From assembly GCA_041498155.1 (NCBI GenBank), contig JBGQHV010000002.1:1-59967 (forward strand): a stretch of 59,967 nt of DNA, given 5' to 3'. Positions 28,851 to 38,000 of this stretch are shown here, in pieces. Every line of letters begins with the position of its first letter. Position 1 is the first letter of the stretch. The DNA comes from Gemmatimonadota bacterium (lineage in GTDB: Bacteria; Gemmatimonadota; Gemmatimonadetes; Gemmatimonadales; GWC2-71-9). The position numbers and the translations under genes were made by a program. The notes below the pieces were generated by a model. The model had not been told where the DNA came from. It made no database searches and saw only the letters and a program-made list of their open reading frames with translations.

Positions 28851-29984
28851 ATGCGCATGCTGGTACTCGGCGCGGGCCTGCAGGGGTCCGCCTGCGCCTT
28901 CGATCTGCTCCAGCAGGATGCCGTCCAACAGGTCACGCTGGCCGACATCCAACCCGACCGGGCCGCAGTGTTCGTCAAGCCGTTTGCCGGGAAGAAGCTG
29001 ACGCTCGCGAAGCTGGACGTGCAGGATCCGGCCGCGCTCCGCGCGACGCTGGGCGGGCATACCGCCGTGATGAACGCGCTGCCGTACTACTTCAACCTCG
29101 ACGTCACCCGGGCCGCCGTGGAAGTCGGGCTGCACTATGCCGACCTCGGCGGAAATACCGAGATTGTGTTCAATCAGAAGAAACTGGACGCCGAGGCCAA
29201 GGCCCGGAACGTCTCCGTGATCCCGGATTGCGGCCTCGCCCCCGGCATGGTCAACATCATCGCGGCCGAAGGCATCCGGCGCGTGGGCCAGGCGGAATCG
29301 GTGAAGATCTACGTCGGCGGGCTGCCGCAGCATCCCGAGCCGCCGCTCAACTACCAGATCGTGTACTCGCTCGAGGGTGCGCTCGACTACTACACGACCC
29401 CCTCCTGGGTGCTGCGCGACGGCAAGCCGGCGCGCGTCGATGCACTCTCCGAGATCGAGTCGCTGGGATTCCCGCCGCCGCTCGGGACGCTCGAAGCGTT
29501 TCACACCGGTGGCGGCATCTCCATCCTGCCGTGGGCGTACGAGGGGCGGGTCCGCACCATGGAGTACAAGACCCTACGCTACCCGGGGCACATGGCGATC
29601 ATGCGCCCGATCCGCGAGCTCGGCCTGCTCGACCTCACGCCGATGAAGGTGAAAGGGAAGGAGATCGTGCCGCGCGACGCGTTCATCGCCGCCGTGTCGC
29701 CCAAGCTCAACAAGCCGCAGGGCCGGGACCTCGTCGCGCTGCGCGTGGATGTCCGCGGCGCCGCCGGGAAACGGGCCTCCTGGGAGCTCATCGACTACTA
29801 CGACGAGGCGCGGGGCATCAGCGCCATGATGCGAACCACGGGGTACTCGCTCGCGATCACTGGCCTGATGCAGTCCGACGGGCGCATCAGCGGACGCGGC
29901 GTGCAGACCCCCGACGAAGCGGTGCCGTTTGCCGCCTATGTCGCGGAGCTCAAGAAGCGGGGCGTGGAAATCCGGGAGGTATAA
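28851..29984 (+). CDS. saccharopine dehydrogenase-like NAD(P)-binding oxidoreductase
   Basis: The N-terminal Rossmann motif is MRMLVLGAGLQGSACAFDLL. The length and blocks (LDVQD, YFNLDVT, IPDCGLAPGM) are as in the saccharopine dehydrogenase / lysine 6-dehydrogenase family. Confidence 0.7.
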   Translation: MRMLVLGAGLQGSACAFDLLQQDAVQQVTLADIQPDRAAVFVKPFAGKKLTLAKLDVQDPAALRATLGGHTAVMNALPYYFNLDVTRAAVEVGLHYADLGGNTEIVFNQKKLDAEAKARNVSVIPDCGLAPGMVNIIAAEGIRRVGQAESVKIYVGGLPQHPEPPLNYQIVYSLEGALDYYTTPSWVLRDGKPARVDALSEIESLGFPPPLGTLEAFHTGGGISILPWAYEGRVRTMEYKTLRYPGHMAIMRPIRELGLLDLTPMKVKGKEIVPRDAFIAAVSPKLNKPQGRDLVALRVDVRGAAGKRASWELIDYYDEARGISAMMRTTGYSLAITGLMQSDGRISGRGVQTPDEAVPFAAYVAELKKRGVEIREV

Positions 29985-30039
29985 GAACTCTTCACGTTCC
30001 CTTCCGCCGCCCTTTCCCCTCTGGGCGCTTACATACGTC

Positions 30040-30606
30040 ATGGACTTCCGCGCCCTGTGGGAGCGTGCCCTCCCCTATCATCAGTTTGTCCAGGAAGCGG
30101 CCAACAACCGCGACCTCTGGACCGGGATGTACCGGATTGCCCGGATCCCGGACTGGGCCGTGGCCGAAGCGCGCTCGACCGGCACGAAACACCACATCCT
30201 GGTGATCGCCGAGGACTGGTGCGGTGACGGGACGAACACCATCCCGTATCTCGCCAAGCTCGCGGACCTGTCGCGGTCTCAGGAAGTCCGGGTGCTGCGG
30301 CGCGACGAGCACCCCACGGTGATCGATCGCTACCTCACCGATGGCGCCCGGGCGATTCCGATCGTCATCGTGCTCGACCGGGAGCTCCAGGAGTTGGGGC
30401 ATTGGGGTCCGCGGCCGGAGACGCTGCAGGCATGGGTGCAGGTAGCGCGCAAGACCGCCGACAAGGCCAAGCTGTACCCGCGGATCCGCCGCTGGTACGC
30501 GACGGACAAGGGACAATCCACGATGCGGGAAGTGTTGGCGCTGTTTCAAAAGGCGCCAGCAGCCGTCAGCGGTCAGACGTCAGCGCCGGCACTCGCAGCA
30601 GGGTAA
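30040..30606 (+). CDS. thioredoxin-fold protein (single-Cys WCGD motif)
   Basis: From the internal ATG at 30040 the product starts MDFRALWERALPYHQF. The thioredoxin-like block is ILVIAEDWCGDGTNTIPYL...AIPIVIVLD. Confidence 0.6.
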   Translation: MDFRALWERALPYHQFVQEAANNRDLWTGMYRIARIPDWAVAEARSTGTKHHILVIAEDWCGDGTNTIPYLAKLADLSRSQEVRVLRRDEHPTVIDRYLTDGARAIPIVIVLDRELQELGHWGPRPETLQAWVQVARKTADKAKLYPRIRRWYATDKGQSTMREVLALFQKAPAAVSGQTSAPALAAG

Positions 30607-30608
30607 TG

Positions 30609-30627
30609 GCTGACGTCTGACGTCAGC
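30609..30627. terminator. bidirectional hairpin between convergent stop codons
   Basis: GCTGACGT-CTG-ACGTCAGC forms a perfect 8-bp stem with a 3-nt loop. It sits within the 21-nt gap between TAA (30604..30606) and the reverse-strand TAA (30628..30630), 2 nt after the former and abutting the latter. Confidence 0.5.
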
Positions 30628-31776
30628 TTAGTAGCTCCACGTCGATCCAAAGAAGAACTGCCCGCCGTCTTCGCCGAACCCCGCGCCGGCCACCAGCACG
30701 CCGTTGCGGCCCAGGCGCAGCATCAGCTCACCGCCCCCGCTCTTGTGCAGGTCCCGGGTCGTCAGACGCCACGCGCTCCCGGACCCGAACACGCGCCCCA
30801 CGTCGTAGAACCCCACGAGTTTCACTTCGAGGATCGTCGGCGCGTACAGGAGCGCGTAGCGCACTTCGAGTCCGCCCAGCAGCTTGCCGGGTCCGATGAA
30901 ACGCGAGTCGTAATATCCCCGCAGCGAGCGGTACCCCCCCACGCCGACGTAGGGCCGTCCCGACGACTCGATCGCCTGCATCGCCGAAATGCTCGGCGCG
31001 CCGCTCATTCGTTCCCCCACGAAGCGCCCGGCGAGGATGAGCTTCTCGAGCGGATGGACGTACGCCTGGACGGCGAACGTCGCACGGCTGTAGTGCCGCG
31101 CCCCGGCGACCAGCGCCTCGGCGAGCACGCCGGCGTGCGGGTCGACCTCGTTGTCGCGGGAGTCGGCGACGAGGCCCGCGCGGACCGCGGCGTCGTTGAA
31201 CGGCGCGCTGTCGGCCAGGCCCGCGGCGCGGTCGCGTGGAAACAAGCCGTCGCCCGGCAAGGTGCGAAACGTGGTGTGCTCGAGCGTCCCGCCCACGAGG
31301 ATCCGGAGGGGACCCGCCACGCGACGCTGAATCGTGAGCCGCGCCAGCTGCGAGGTGCGGCTCACCTGGTAGAAGTACGGACTTGTCGGACTGAGACTGT
31401 CGCGGTCGTACGGCGTGGCGTTGCCGATGCCGAAGTAGCCGAGCCGGTTGGAGCGCAGGGCGTCGAGCGTCACGCCCACGCGCCAGTTCGTCCACAACGC
31501 CGGCGCCTGGGCGTCGATTTCGGCCAGGTAGCTTCCCTGGGTGCTTGCGCCTGCCGTTACCGTCAGCGCGGCGCGATTCGGCTCGGGGCGCTCGCGGTAT
31601 CCGATCGGACTGTACACCCGCGCGTAGCCGGCGAGCCACCAGCCGTCGATGCTGCTGTAGTAGCCATAGGGCGTGTAAGTGAAGTCCCAGTACGGCGGCG
31701 CCGCCTGGGGCGTCTGTGCCCTGAGACGGGCCGCGCCCGTCGCGGCCAGCAGCAGCATCAGCACGGGGCGACGCAC
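30628..31776 (-). CDS. outer-membrane beta-barrel protein (Omp85/surface-antigen-like barrel)
   Basis: The track ORF has a 185-aa junk extension. GTG at 31776 lies 2 nt after the upstream stop and gives the signal VRRPVLMLLLAATGAARLRAQ. The sequence has an alternating beta-strand pattern and the C-terminal aromatic signal FFFGSTWSY. Confidence 0.6.
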   Translation of the reverse strand: MRRPVLMLLLAATGAARLRAQTPQAAPPYWDFTYTPYGYYSSIDGWWLAGYARVYSPIGYRERPEPNRAALTVTAGASTQGSYLAEIDAQAPALWTNWRVGVTLDALRSNRLGYFGIGNATPYDRDSLSPTSPYFYQVSRTSQLARLTIQRRVAGPLRILVGGTLEHTTFRTLPGDGLFPRDRAAGLADSAPFNDAAVRAGLVADSRDNEVDPHAGVLAEALVAGARHYSRATFAVQAYVHPLEKLILAGRFVGERMSGAPSISAMQAIESSGRPYVGVGGYRSLRGYYDSRFIGPGKLLGGLEVRYALLYAPTILEVKLVGFYDVGRVFGSGSAWRLTTRDLHKSGGGELMLRLGRNGVLVAGAGFGEDGGQFFFGSTWSY

Positions 31777-31778
31777 GC

Positions 31779-32846
31779 TCAGCCCGGCGGTGATCCGTCG
31801 TAGAGATGGGCCGTGTCCACGAACCTTGCTTGCGTACCGTCGTGCACGGCGAAGCGGCTGGGGTACAGGGAGGCCGATCCGAACTCGCCGCGTTTGTTTA
31901 CCGCGTAGAAGTTGAGCTGGTAGCGCGGCTTGCCATCCGGCGTCAGGAGGCGGAGCTCGGTGGACCGGACCGCGCGCCGCAGGCTTTCGAGACAGGCGTC
32001 GGTGGGTTTCATGCCGCGCCGCATCTGGTCGACCGTGAGGAAACCGCCGCACACCATGATGTTCAGCTCGCCCAGGCCGGTGGAGCCCGCGGCGCCGATC
32101 TCGTTGTCGCAGTACTGGCCCGCGCCGACGATCGCGCTGTCGCCCACCCGACCGGGGATCTTCCAGGCGAGCCCGGCCGTCGTAGTCACCGACGCGATAT
32201 CGCCCGCCGGCGTCACGGCGCCGCAATTGATCGTGCCGGTCGGCGGATGCACGACCATCGGCGTGTTGCCCCCGCCGGGCACGTCGCGCCAGTTGTCGTT
32301 CGGGCTGAGGTTGGCGCGCCACTCGAGCCACGCCTGCCGGGAGGCCTCGGTGAGCAGGTCTTCTTCCTTGAAGCCGTAGGAGAGCGCGAACCGCTTGGCG
32401 CCCTCACCCACGAGGAAGATGTGGTTCGTGTACTTCAAGACGAGCTTCGCGACCTCGGACGCCGTCTTGATGTTCTCGAGCGCGCCCACCGCGCCCGCCC
32501 GCTTGGTCGGGCCGTGCATGCAGGACGCGTCGAGCTGCACCACGCCCTCGGCGTTCGGCAACCCGCCGTAGCCCACCGATTGATCGGTCGGATCGAGCTC
32601 CTGGATCTTCACGCCTTCGACCGCCGCATCGAGCGGGTCGGCGCCCTGCGCGATCAGCTCGTACGCCTTCTGGACCGGCCGCAGGCTATTGGCCGAGGAG
32701 ATCACGACGGGCTGCGCGACCCAGGCGCGCTGTGGCGGCAACGGCCGGGGCGGCCGCAGCGGATGGGGAATCCCCAGGGCGCCGGCGGCGGTGAGCCCGC
32801 CCGCCGTGGACGCGAGGAACTCCCGGCGCGAAACGTCGTGGATCAC
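31779..32846 (-). CDS. glycosylasparaginase / asparaginase-2 (Ntn hydrolase) with a Tat signal
   Basis: The twin-arginine motif is SRREFLASTAGGLTAAGALG. Family blocks are GYGGLPNAEG, TGTINCGAV (nucleophile Thr context) and TTTAGLAWKIPGRVGDSAIVGAGQYCDN. Confidence 0.75.
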   Translation of the reverse strand: MIHDVSRREFLASTAGGLTAAGALGIPHPLRPPRPLPPQRAWVAQPVVISSANSLRPVQKAYELIAQGADPLDAAVEGVKIQELDPTDQSVGYGGLPNAEGVVQLDASCMHGPTKRAGAVGALENIKTASEVAKLVLKYTNHIFLVGEGAKRFALSYGFKEEDLLTEASRQAWLEWRANLSPNDNWRDVPGGGNTPMVVHPPTGTINCGAVTPAGDIASVTTTAGLAWKIPGRVGDSAIVGAGQYCDNEIGAAGSTGLGELNIMVCGGFLTVDQMRRGMKPTDACLESLRRAVRSTELRLLTPDGKPRYQLNFYAVNKRGEFGSASLYPSRFAVHDGTQARFVDTAHLYDGSPPG

Positions 32847-32884
32847 GGGCGAGTTTTAGCCCCGGGCCTTCGCGCTGTCAACTT

Positions 32885-33376
32885 GTGGAAGCCCCGGGCG
32901 GGTTCTACGTTCCGGCCGTGTTCGACGATGATTCCCCGAGCCCGCGAGCCGTCGTCGGCCGCATCCTCGGCCTGGCTACCGCCGGCGCCGTGCTGCTGCT
33001 GCTGATCCTGTTCCTCGACACCGGTCACCTCGACGGGCGCGTCGTCGCCTTGATCGGGATTCTGTGGGGCACCTGGGGCTTTCTCGGCGGGCTATTCAGC
33101 AACCTGTTCGAGCCGGCCGGTCGGTTCCTGGCGAACCAGCTCACCGGCAACGTGGCGTTGCCGGGCCCCACCGAAACCCTCCCCGAGGAGACGGCCCGCT
33201 TTGAGCGCATGCTCGCGCAGGGCCTCGAGCGGCATCGCGAGATCCTCGTGGGGATCCGCCTCGCCGAGATCTATCGCCTCAACCAGCACGACCCCGCCAA
33301 GTCCGCCGCGCTGCTGACCCGGCTCCGCGCCAAGTACCCCGACGCCCCCGAGCTCGAGCGTGCCGGCGCCGGTTGA
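32885..33376 (+). CDS. hypothetical membrane protein (two TM helices, helical C-terminal tail)
   Basis: The 163-aa ORF starts at GTG. TM segments are ILGLATAGAVLLLLILFL and ALIGILWGTWGFLGGLF. No family was recognised and the start is uncertain. Confidence 0.45.
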   Translation: MEAPGGFYVPAVFDDDSPSPRAVVGRILGLATAGAVLLLLILFLDTGHLDGRVVALIGILWGTWGFLGGLFSNLFEPAGRFLANQLTGNVALPGPTETLPEETARFERMLAQGLERHREILVGIRLAEIYRLNQHDPAKSAALLTRLRAKYPDAPELERAGAG

Positions 33377-34082
33377 CGTCTCGCTCGTCATCCCGGTGTA
33401 CGACGAGCGCGACAATCTCGAGCCGCTGGTGACGGAGATCGCGGCCGCGCTCGCCGACCACCGCTACGAGATCGTGGCGGTGGACGACGGCTCGACCGAC
33501 GGGTCGCTGGCGACGCTCAAGGCCCTGAAGCGCACCCACCCCGAGCTGCACATCGTCTCGTTCGCGGCCAACGCCGGGCAGACCGCGGCGTTCGCGGCCG
33601 GATTCCGCGCGGCACGGGGCGCGGTGATCGTGACCATGGACGCCGACGGCCAGAACGATCCTGCCGACGTTCCCGCGCTGCTCGAGGCGCTCGAGCACAG
33701 CTCCGCCGCCGCCGTCGCGGGGTACCGGTTGCGGCGGCACGACTCGGCGTGGAAACGGGTGCAGAGCCGCATCGCCAATGCCGTGCGCAACCGGCTGAAC
33801 CACGAGACGATCCGCGACACCGGCTGCTCCCTCAAAGCGTTCCGTGCCGAAGCGCTGCGCGACCTTCCGCTGTTCAGCGGGATGCACCGCTTTCTGCCGA
33901 CCCTCGTGAAGCTGAACGGGGGCGCGGTGACGGAGGTGGCCGTGCGGCACCGGCCCCGCCGCAGCGGCCGCACCAAATACGGGATGTGGAACCGGGTGTT
34001 CCGCTCCCTCGCCGACGCGCTCGCCGTGCGCTGGATGCAGCGCCGCCGGCTGACCTATCGTGTCTCCGAAGAGCTCCCCTAA
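33360..34082 (+). CDS. family-2 glycosyltransferase (polyprenol-phosphate glycosyltransferase type)
   Basis: Blocks are VSLVIPVYDERDNL, EIVAVDDGSTDGS and VTMDADGQNDP, followed by a C-terminal TM-proximal region as in DPM1/ArnC-like enzymes. Confidence 0.75.
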   Translation: MPAPVDVSLVIPVYDERDNLEPLVTEIAAALADHRYEIVAVDDGSTDGSLATLKALKRTHPELHIVSFAANAGQTAAFAAGFRAARGAVIVTMDADGQNDPADVPALLEALEHSSAAAVAGYRLRRHDSAWKRVQSRIANAVRNRLNHETIRDTGCSLKAFRAEALRDLPLFSGMHRFLPTLVKLNGGAVTEVAVRHRPRRSGRTKYGMWNRVFRSLADALAVRWMQRRRLTYRVSEELP

Positions 34083-34088
34083 GCCAGG

Positions 34089-35174
34089 ATGGCCGCCGCC
34101 ATGGCCCCCCCGTCCACTCCCCGCAAGCCCCGTCTCGACCCGGCGATTTTCAATCTCCCGGTGGCCCGGATGCGCGAAGGGTACTACTCGGACAAGTACT
34201 TCGTCCGGGCGCGTGACGTGCTCATCGCGGACCGGCACCGGCCGAGCGTCACCATGCAGGTGTTCGGCAAGACGCACGCCTACCTGGGCGGCGCCGACGA
34301 GGCCATCGCGATCCTCAAGCTGTGCGCTCAATCGTGGGAGGAGCTCGAGGTGTCGGCGTTGTACGACGGGGATGAGGTCGCGCCCTGGGAAACGGTCCTG
34401 CTGATCGAAGGGCCCTACGACGCCTTCGCCAACCTCGAAACCCTCTATCTCGGCGTGCTCGCCCGGCGCACCAAGGTCGGCACGAATACCCGGCGGGTGG
34501 TGGAGGCCGCGCGACCCAAGCAAGTCATGTTCTTTCCGGCGCGTCACGACCACTGGCTGGTGCAGACCGGCGACGGGTACGCCGCGCATATCGCCGGCGC
34601 CATCGGCGTCTCCACCGATGCCCAGGCCTCGTGGTGGGGCTCCGAGGGGGTCGGCACCGTCCCGCACGCCCTCATCGCCGCCTACGGCGGCGATACCGTG
34701 CAGGCGTCCGTCAAATTCGCCCAGCACATGGACGGGGACACACGGCTCATCACGCTCGTGGACTTCGAGAACGACTGCGTCGGCACGTCGCTCCAGGTGG
34801 CCCGTGCGCTGGGCGAGCGCCTGTACGGCGTGCGCCTCGATACCTCCGAGACGCTGGTCGACAAAACGATCGTGCCCGAGATGGGCACCTTCCGGCCCAC
34901 CGGTGTGAACCCCCAGCTCGTCTGGAAGGTGCGCCGCGCGCTGGACCGGGAGGGATTCACGCGGGTGAAGATCGTCGTCTCCGGCGGATTCACCGTGGAG
35001 AAGATCCGCGCGTTCGAAGAAGAAGGAGTGCCTGTGGACATGTACGGCGTCGGCTCGAGCCTCTTCCAGGGACGCTACGACTTCACGGCGGACATCGTGC
35101 GCGTGGAAGGGAAGCCGTGCGCCAAGGTCGGTCGGAGCTATCGGCCCAACCCCCGGCTACAGCGAGTCACCTAG
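34089..35174 (+). CDS. nicotinate phosphoribosyltransferase family protein
   Basis: The 361-aa ORF has YYSDKYF, GTVPHALIAAYGG and RLDTSE...VVSGGF, typical of the type II PRTase barrel (NAPRT/QPRT family). Confidence 0.6.
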   Translation: MAAAMAPPSTPRKPRLDPAIFNLPVARMREGYYSDKYFVRARDVLIADRHRPSVTMQVFGKTHAYLGGADEAIAILKLCAQSWEELEVSALYDGDEVAPWETVLLIEGPYDAFANLETLYLGVLARRTKVGTNTRRVVEAARPKQVMFFPARHDHWLVQTGDGYAAHIAGAIGVSTDAQASWWGSEGVGTVPHALIAAYGGDTVQASVKFAQHMDGDTRLITLVDFENDCVGTSLQVARALGERLYGVRLDTSETLVDKTIVPEMGTFRPTGVNPQLVWKVRRALDREGFTRVKIVVSGGFTVEKIRAFEEEGVPVDMYGVGSSLFQGRYDFTADIVRVEGKPCAKVGRSYRPNPRLQRVT

Positions 35175-35183
35175 GTCGCAACG

Positions 35184-36176
35184 ATGCAGCCGGCCACCCA
35201 CAAGAAGATCGTCTTCGGCGCGATCGGTTGTAGCGGCGCGCTCGGGGTATTGATGGTGGCCTCGATGCTCATGGTGAAGCACACCGGCGTCGCCCCACCT
35301 CCTGAAGAGCTGCCCCTGTCTCCGGTCACGGCCGCCGCCGCCCTCGACTCCCTCGCGACATACGACATCCAGGCGCTCTTCGCCCCGCCGGATGCTCCGT
35401 TCGTGCTCGTCCCCTCCAGCGACCGGATGATCGCTCGTTGGCGTTCCGATCGCAGTCGCTTCGCGATCCAGTTCCTCGATACCGCTCCCCCCGATTCCTG
35501 GCAGGCCCGGAGCTGGCGCGAGGCGGGGGCCGCGGTGGTCATCGAATCACTGCCGGCAGGGGCGCCGTACCCGGATTCCGAGCCCATCGGCCGCGCCATC
35601 CTCGCCGCGGCCCGTGTCCAGCTGGAATCCGGCGACCCGGCGCGCGCGCGGGACGCGGTGGCCCTGGCCCTCCAGCGCGCGCGCCACTTCGAGGAGCGGC
35701 CGGACGTCCTGATGGTGGTCGCCGGGCTCCACCTGGAGCGCGACGCCCTGGAGATGCTCGCCCGCGATTCGCTGCTCGCGGGCGGCGCCGCCGCGCGGGC
35801 CCTGGCGAAGGCGTCGCTCCTGGCCATGGACCGGCGGCTGGGCGAGGTGCGGTCCGTGCGCGCGCTGATCGCCGCGGCCGGTGTCTCGGCGGCCTCCGTC
35901 CCGACGCTGGCGGCATGGGCGCGGGACTCCTCCATGCCGCTCGCGATCCGTGATGAGATGATCCGGGCGATCGGCTTCGGATGGGTGCTCGACCCGCCGG
36001 AGGTGACCTATGGTCTCGACACGGCCCGCGCCGCTTCCATCCGGACCCTCGCCGCCGTCGCGTGGCCGCCGGCGTTGGCGCAGACGCTGCAGGAGGCGAC
36101 GTTGGGGCGTCCGAACATGGTGACACGCCTCAGGATCTCCATCTCCTATCGCACCAAGCGCATGCTGGATTTGTGA
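35184..36176 (+). CDS. hypothetical N-terminally membrane-anchored, Ala/Leu/Arg-rich helical protein
   Basis: The 330-aa ORF has one N-terminal TM segment (IVFGAIGCSGALGVLMVASMLMV). No motif was recognised. It lies between the NAPRT-like and nicotinamidase-like genes. Confidence 0.45.
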   Translation: MQPATHKKIVFGAIGCSGALGVLMVASMLMVKHTGVAPPPEELPLSPVTAAAALDSLATYDIQALFAPPDAPFVLVPSSDRMIARWRSDRSRFAIQFLDTAPPDSWQARSWREAGAAVVIESLPAGAPYPDSEPIGRAILAAARVQLESGDPARARDAVALALQRARHFEERPDVLMVVAGLHLERDALEMLARDSLLAGGAAARALAKASLLAMDRRLGEVRSVRALIAAAGVSAASVPTLAAWARDSSMPLAIRDEMIRAIGFGWVLDPPEVTYGLDTARAASIRTLAAVAWPPALAQTLQEATLGRPNMVTRLRISISYRTKRMLDL

Positions 36177-36261
36177 AGCGCCGCGTCATGGTGTTCCGGT
36201 TGACACATGCCGCATCCCCCCAAGAGATTCCCGTGCCGCCTTTTTCTCTCCGAGGAGCTGC

Positions 36262-36927
36262 ATGGCGCGGGTCATCTTCTGGGACGTCGACACCCAACAC
36301 GACTTCATGAAGGCGGACGGCAAGCTGTACGTGCCCGACGCCGAGCACATCATTCCGAATCTCAAGCGGCTCACCGACTACGCGCACGGCCACGGTATTC
36401 GCATCGTGGCGAGCGCCGACGACCACGTGGCCGGGCACCGCGAGCTGTCGGATGCGCCGAACTTCAAGGAGACTTTTCCGCTGCATTGCATGCACGGGAC
36501 CCCGGGGCAGAAAAAGATCCCCGAAACCGCGCTGCGCGATGCCCTGGTGATCGAGCCCGACGCGCAACCCCCGAAGGCCCTGGCCGACCGGGTGCGCGGC
36601 CATGCGGGCGACATCCTGTTCCACAAACACTGGTTCGACGTGTTCACCAACCCGAACGTGCTGCCCGTGGTCGACGCTTTGGCTCCGGAGGACGTCGTCC
36701 TCTACGGGGTCGCGCTCGACGTGTGCGACCGCTATGCCATCGAAGGATTCCTCGAGCACCGCCCCAACATCCGCCTCTTCGCCGTCACCGATGCGATGAA
36801 GCCGATCGACCGCGACGTGGGGGAGCAGATGTTGAAAGAGTGGGGGGACGAGGGCGTGCGCCTCGTGAAGACGAGCGAGGTCGTGTTCGGCGGCCTGGTC
36901 GACCAGCTCGCGCAGGCGGGCGCATGA
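36262..36927 (+). CDS. isochorismatase-family cysteine hydrolase (nicotinamidase-like)
   Basis: GAGGAG lies upstream of the ATG. Blocks are VIFWDVDTQHDF, HCMHGTPG and VVLYGVALDVCD (catalytic Cys context). Confidence 0.65.
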   Translation: MARVIFWDVDTQHDFMKADGKLYVPDAEHIIPNLKRLTDYAHGHGIRIVASADDHVAGHRELSDAPNFKETFPLHCMHGTPGQKKIPETALRDALVIEPDAQPPKALADRVRGHAGDILFHKHWFDVFTNPNVLPVVDALAPEDVVLYGVALDVCDRYAIEGFLEHRPNIRLFAVTDAMKPIDRDVGEQMLKEWGDEGVRLVKTSEVVFGGLVDQLAQAGA

Positions 36928-38000
36928 GCGCCGCATTCGGGAAGTTCTTCCTCCCGGGTCCCACCGACGTCCACCCCGACGTCCTCGCCGCCCAGCTGCG
37001 GCCCATGATCGGGCACCGGTCCGGCGCGATGGAGCAGCTGCTGCAGAAGATGGCGCCTCAGCTGCAGGCGCTCGCCCGCACCGCTCGCACCGTGCTGATC
37101 GGCTCCAATTCGGCCACCGGCTTCATGGAAATGGCGGTGCGCAACGGGGTGCGCCAGCGCGCGCTCTCGATTGTGAACGGGGCGTTCAGCGAGCGGTTCG
37201 CCCAGCTGGTGACCGCCTGCGGGAAGGAATGTGTGCGCCTCGACGTGCCGCTGGGCGAGGCGATCGAGCCCGATCAGCTGCGTGACGCCCTCAAGCGCAC
37301 GCCGGTGGATGCCGTCACGCTGGCGCACTCGGAGACGTCCACGGGCGTCCTGCAGGACGTGGCCGCGCTCGCCCGGGTGGCCCGCGAATTCGACGATGTG
37401 CTGTTTCTAGTGGATGCCGTCACGTCGATGGCCGGCAGTCCGGTCGAGTCCGACGCCTGGGGCTTCGACTACACCTTCACCGGCTCGCAAAAGGCCCTCG
37501 CGCTGCCGCCCGGCCTGGCGCTGTGCGTCGCCTCGCAGCGCATGCTGGAGCGCTCCAGGACGCTGCCGGACCGCGGACTCTATTTCGACCTGCCGAGCTT
37601 CGATCAGGCGATGTCGAAGTTCCAGCCCACCAATACACCCGCGCTGTCGCTCTTTTTCGCGCTCGACCGCCAGCTCGACCGCATCGCCGCCGAGGGCGAG
37701 ATCGAAGCCCGCTGGAAGCGCCACGAGGCGATGCGCCAGACTGTGGAACGCTGGGCGCAGGCCGAGGGCATCGCGTATCTGCCGCGCGAGGGCCGGCGCA
37801 GCTGGACGGTGAGCTGCCTCAAGCTCCCCGCGGGCAAGAGCGCCAAGGACGTCGTCGGCAAGCTCAAGGCGCAGGGGTGGACGATCGGGTCGGGCTACGG
37901 GGCGCTCAAGGACTCGACCATCCGGATCGGGCACATGGGGGACCACTCGGTCGCGGCGGTCCAGGAGCTGTTGCCGCTCGTCAAGCAGGCGCTGGCGTGA
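36924..38000 (+). CDS. class-V aminotransferase (phosphoserine / serine-glyoxylate aminotransferase type)
   Basis: The real start is ATG 36924, overlapping the upstream stop (ATGA); the track ORF starts at 36207. Blocks are FLPGPTDVHPDVL, HSETSTGV and the PLP-lysine block TGSQKAL. The gene is directly coupled to serA. Confidence 0.7.
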   Translation: MSAAFGKFFLPGPTDVHPDVLAAQLRPMIGHRSGAMEQLLQKMAPQLQALARTARTVLIGSNSATGFMEMAVRNGVRQRALSIVNGAFSERFAQLVTACGKECVRLDVPLGEAIEPDQLRDALKRTPVDAVTLAHSETSTGVLQDVAALARVAREFDDVLFLVDAVTSMAGSPVESDAWGFDYTFTGSQKALALPPGLALCVASQRMLERSRTLPDRGLYFDLPSFDQAMSKFQPTNTPALSLFFALDRQLDRIAAEGEIEARWKRHEAMRQTVERWAQAEGIAYLPREGRRSWTVSCLKLPAGKSAKDVVGKLKAQGWTIGSGYGALKDSTIRIGHMGDHSVAAVQELLPLVKQALA

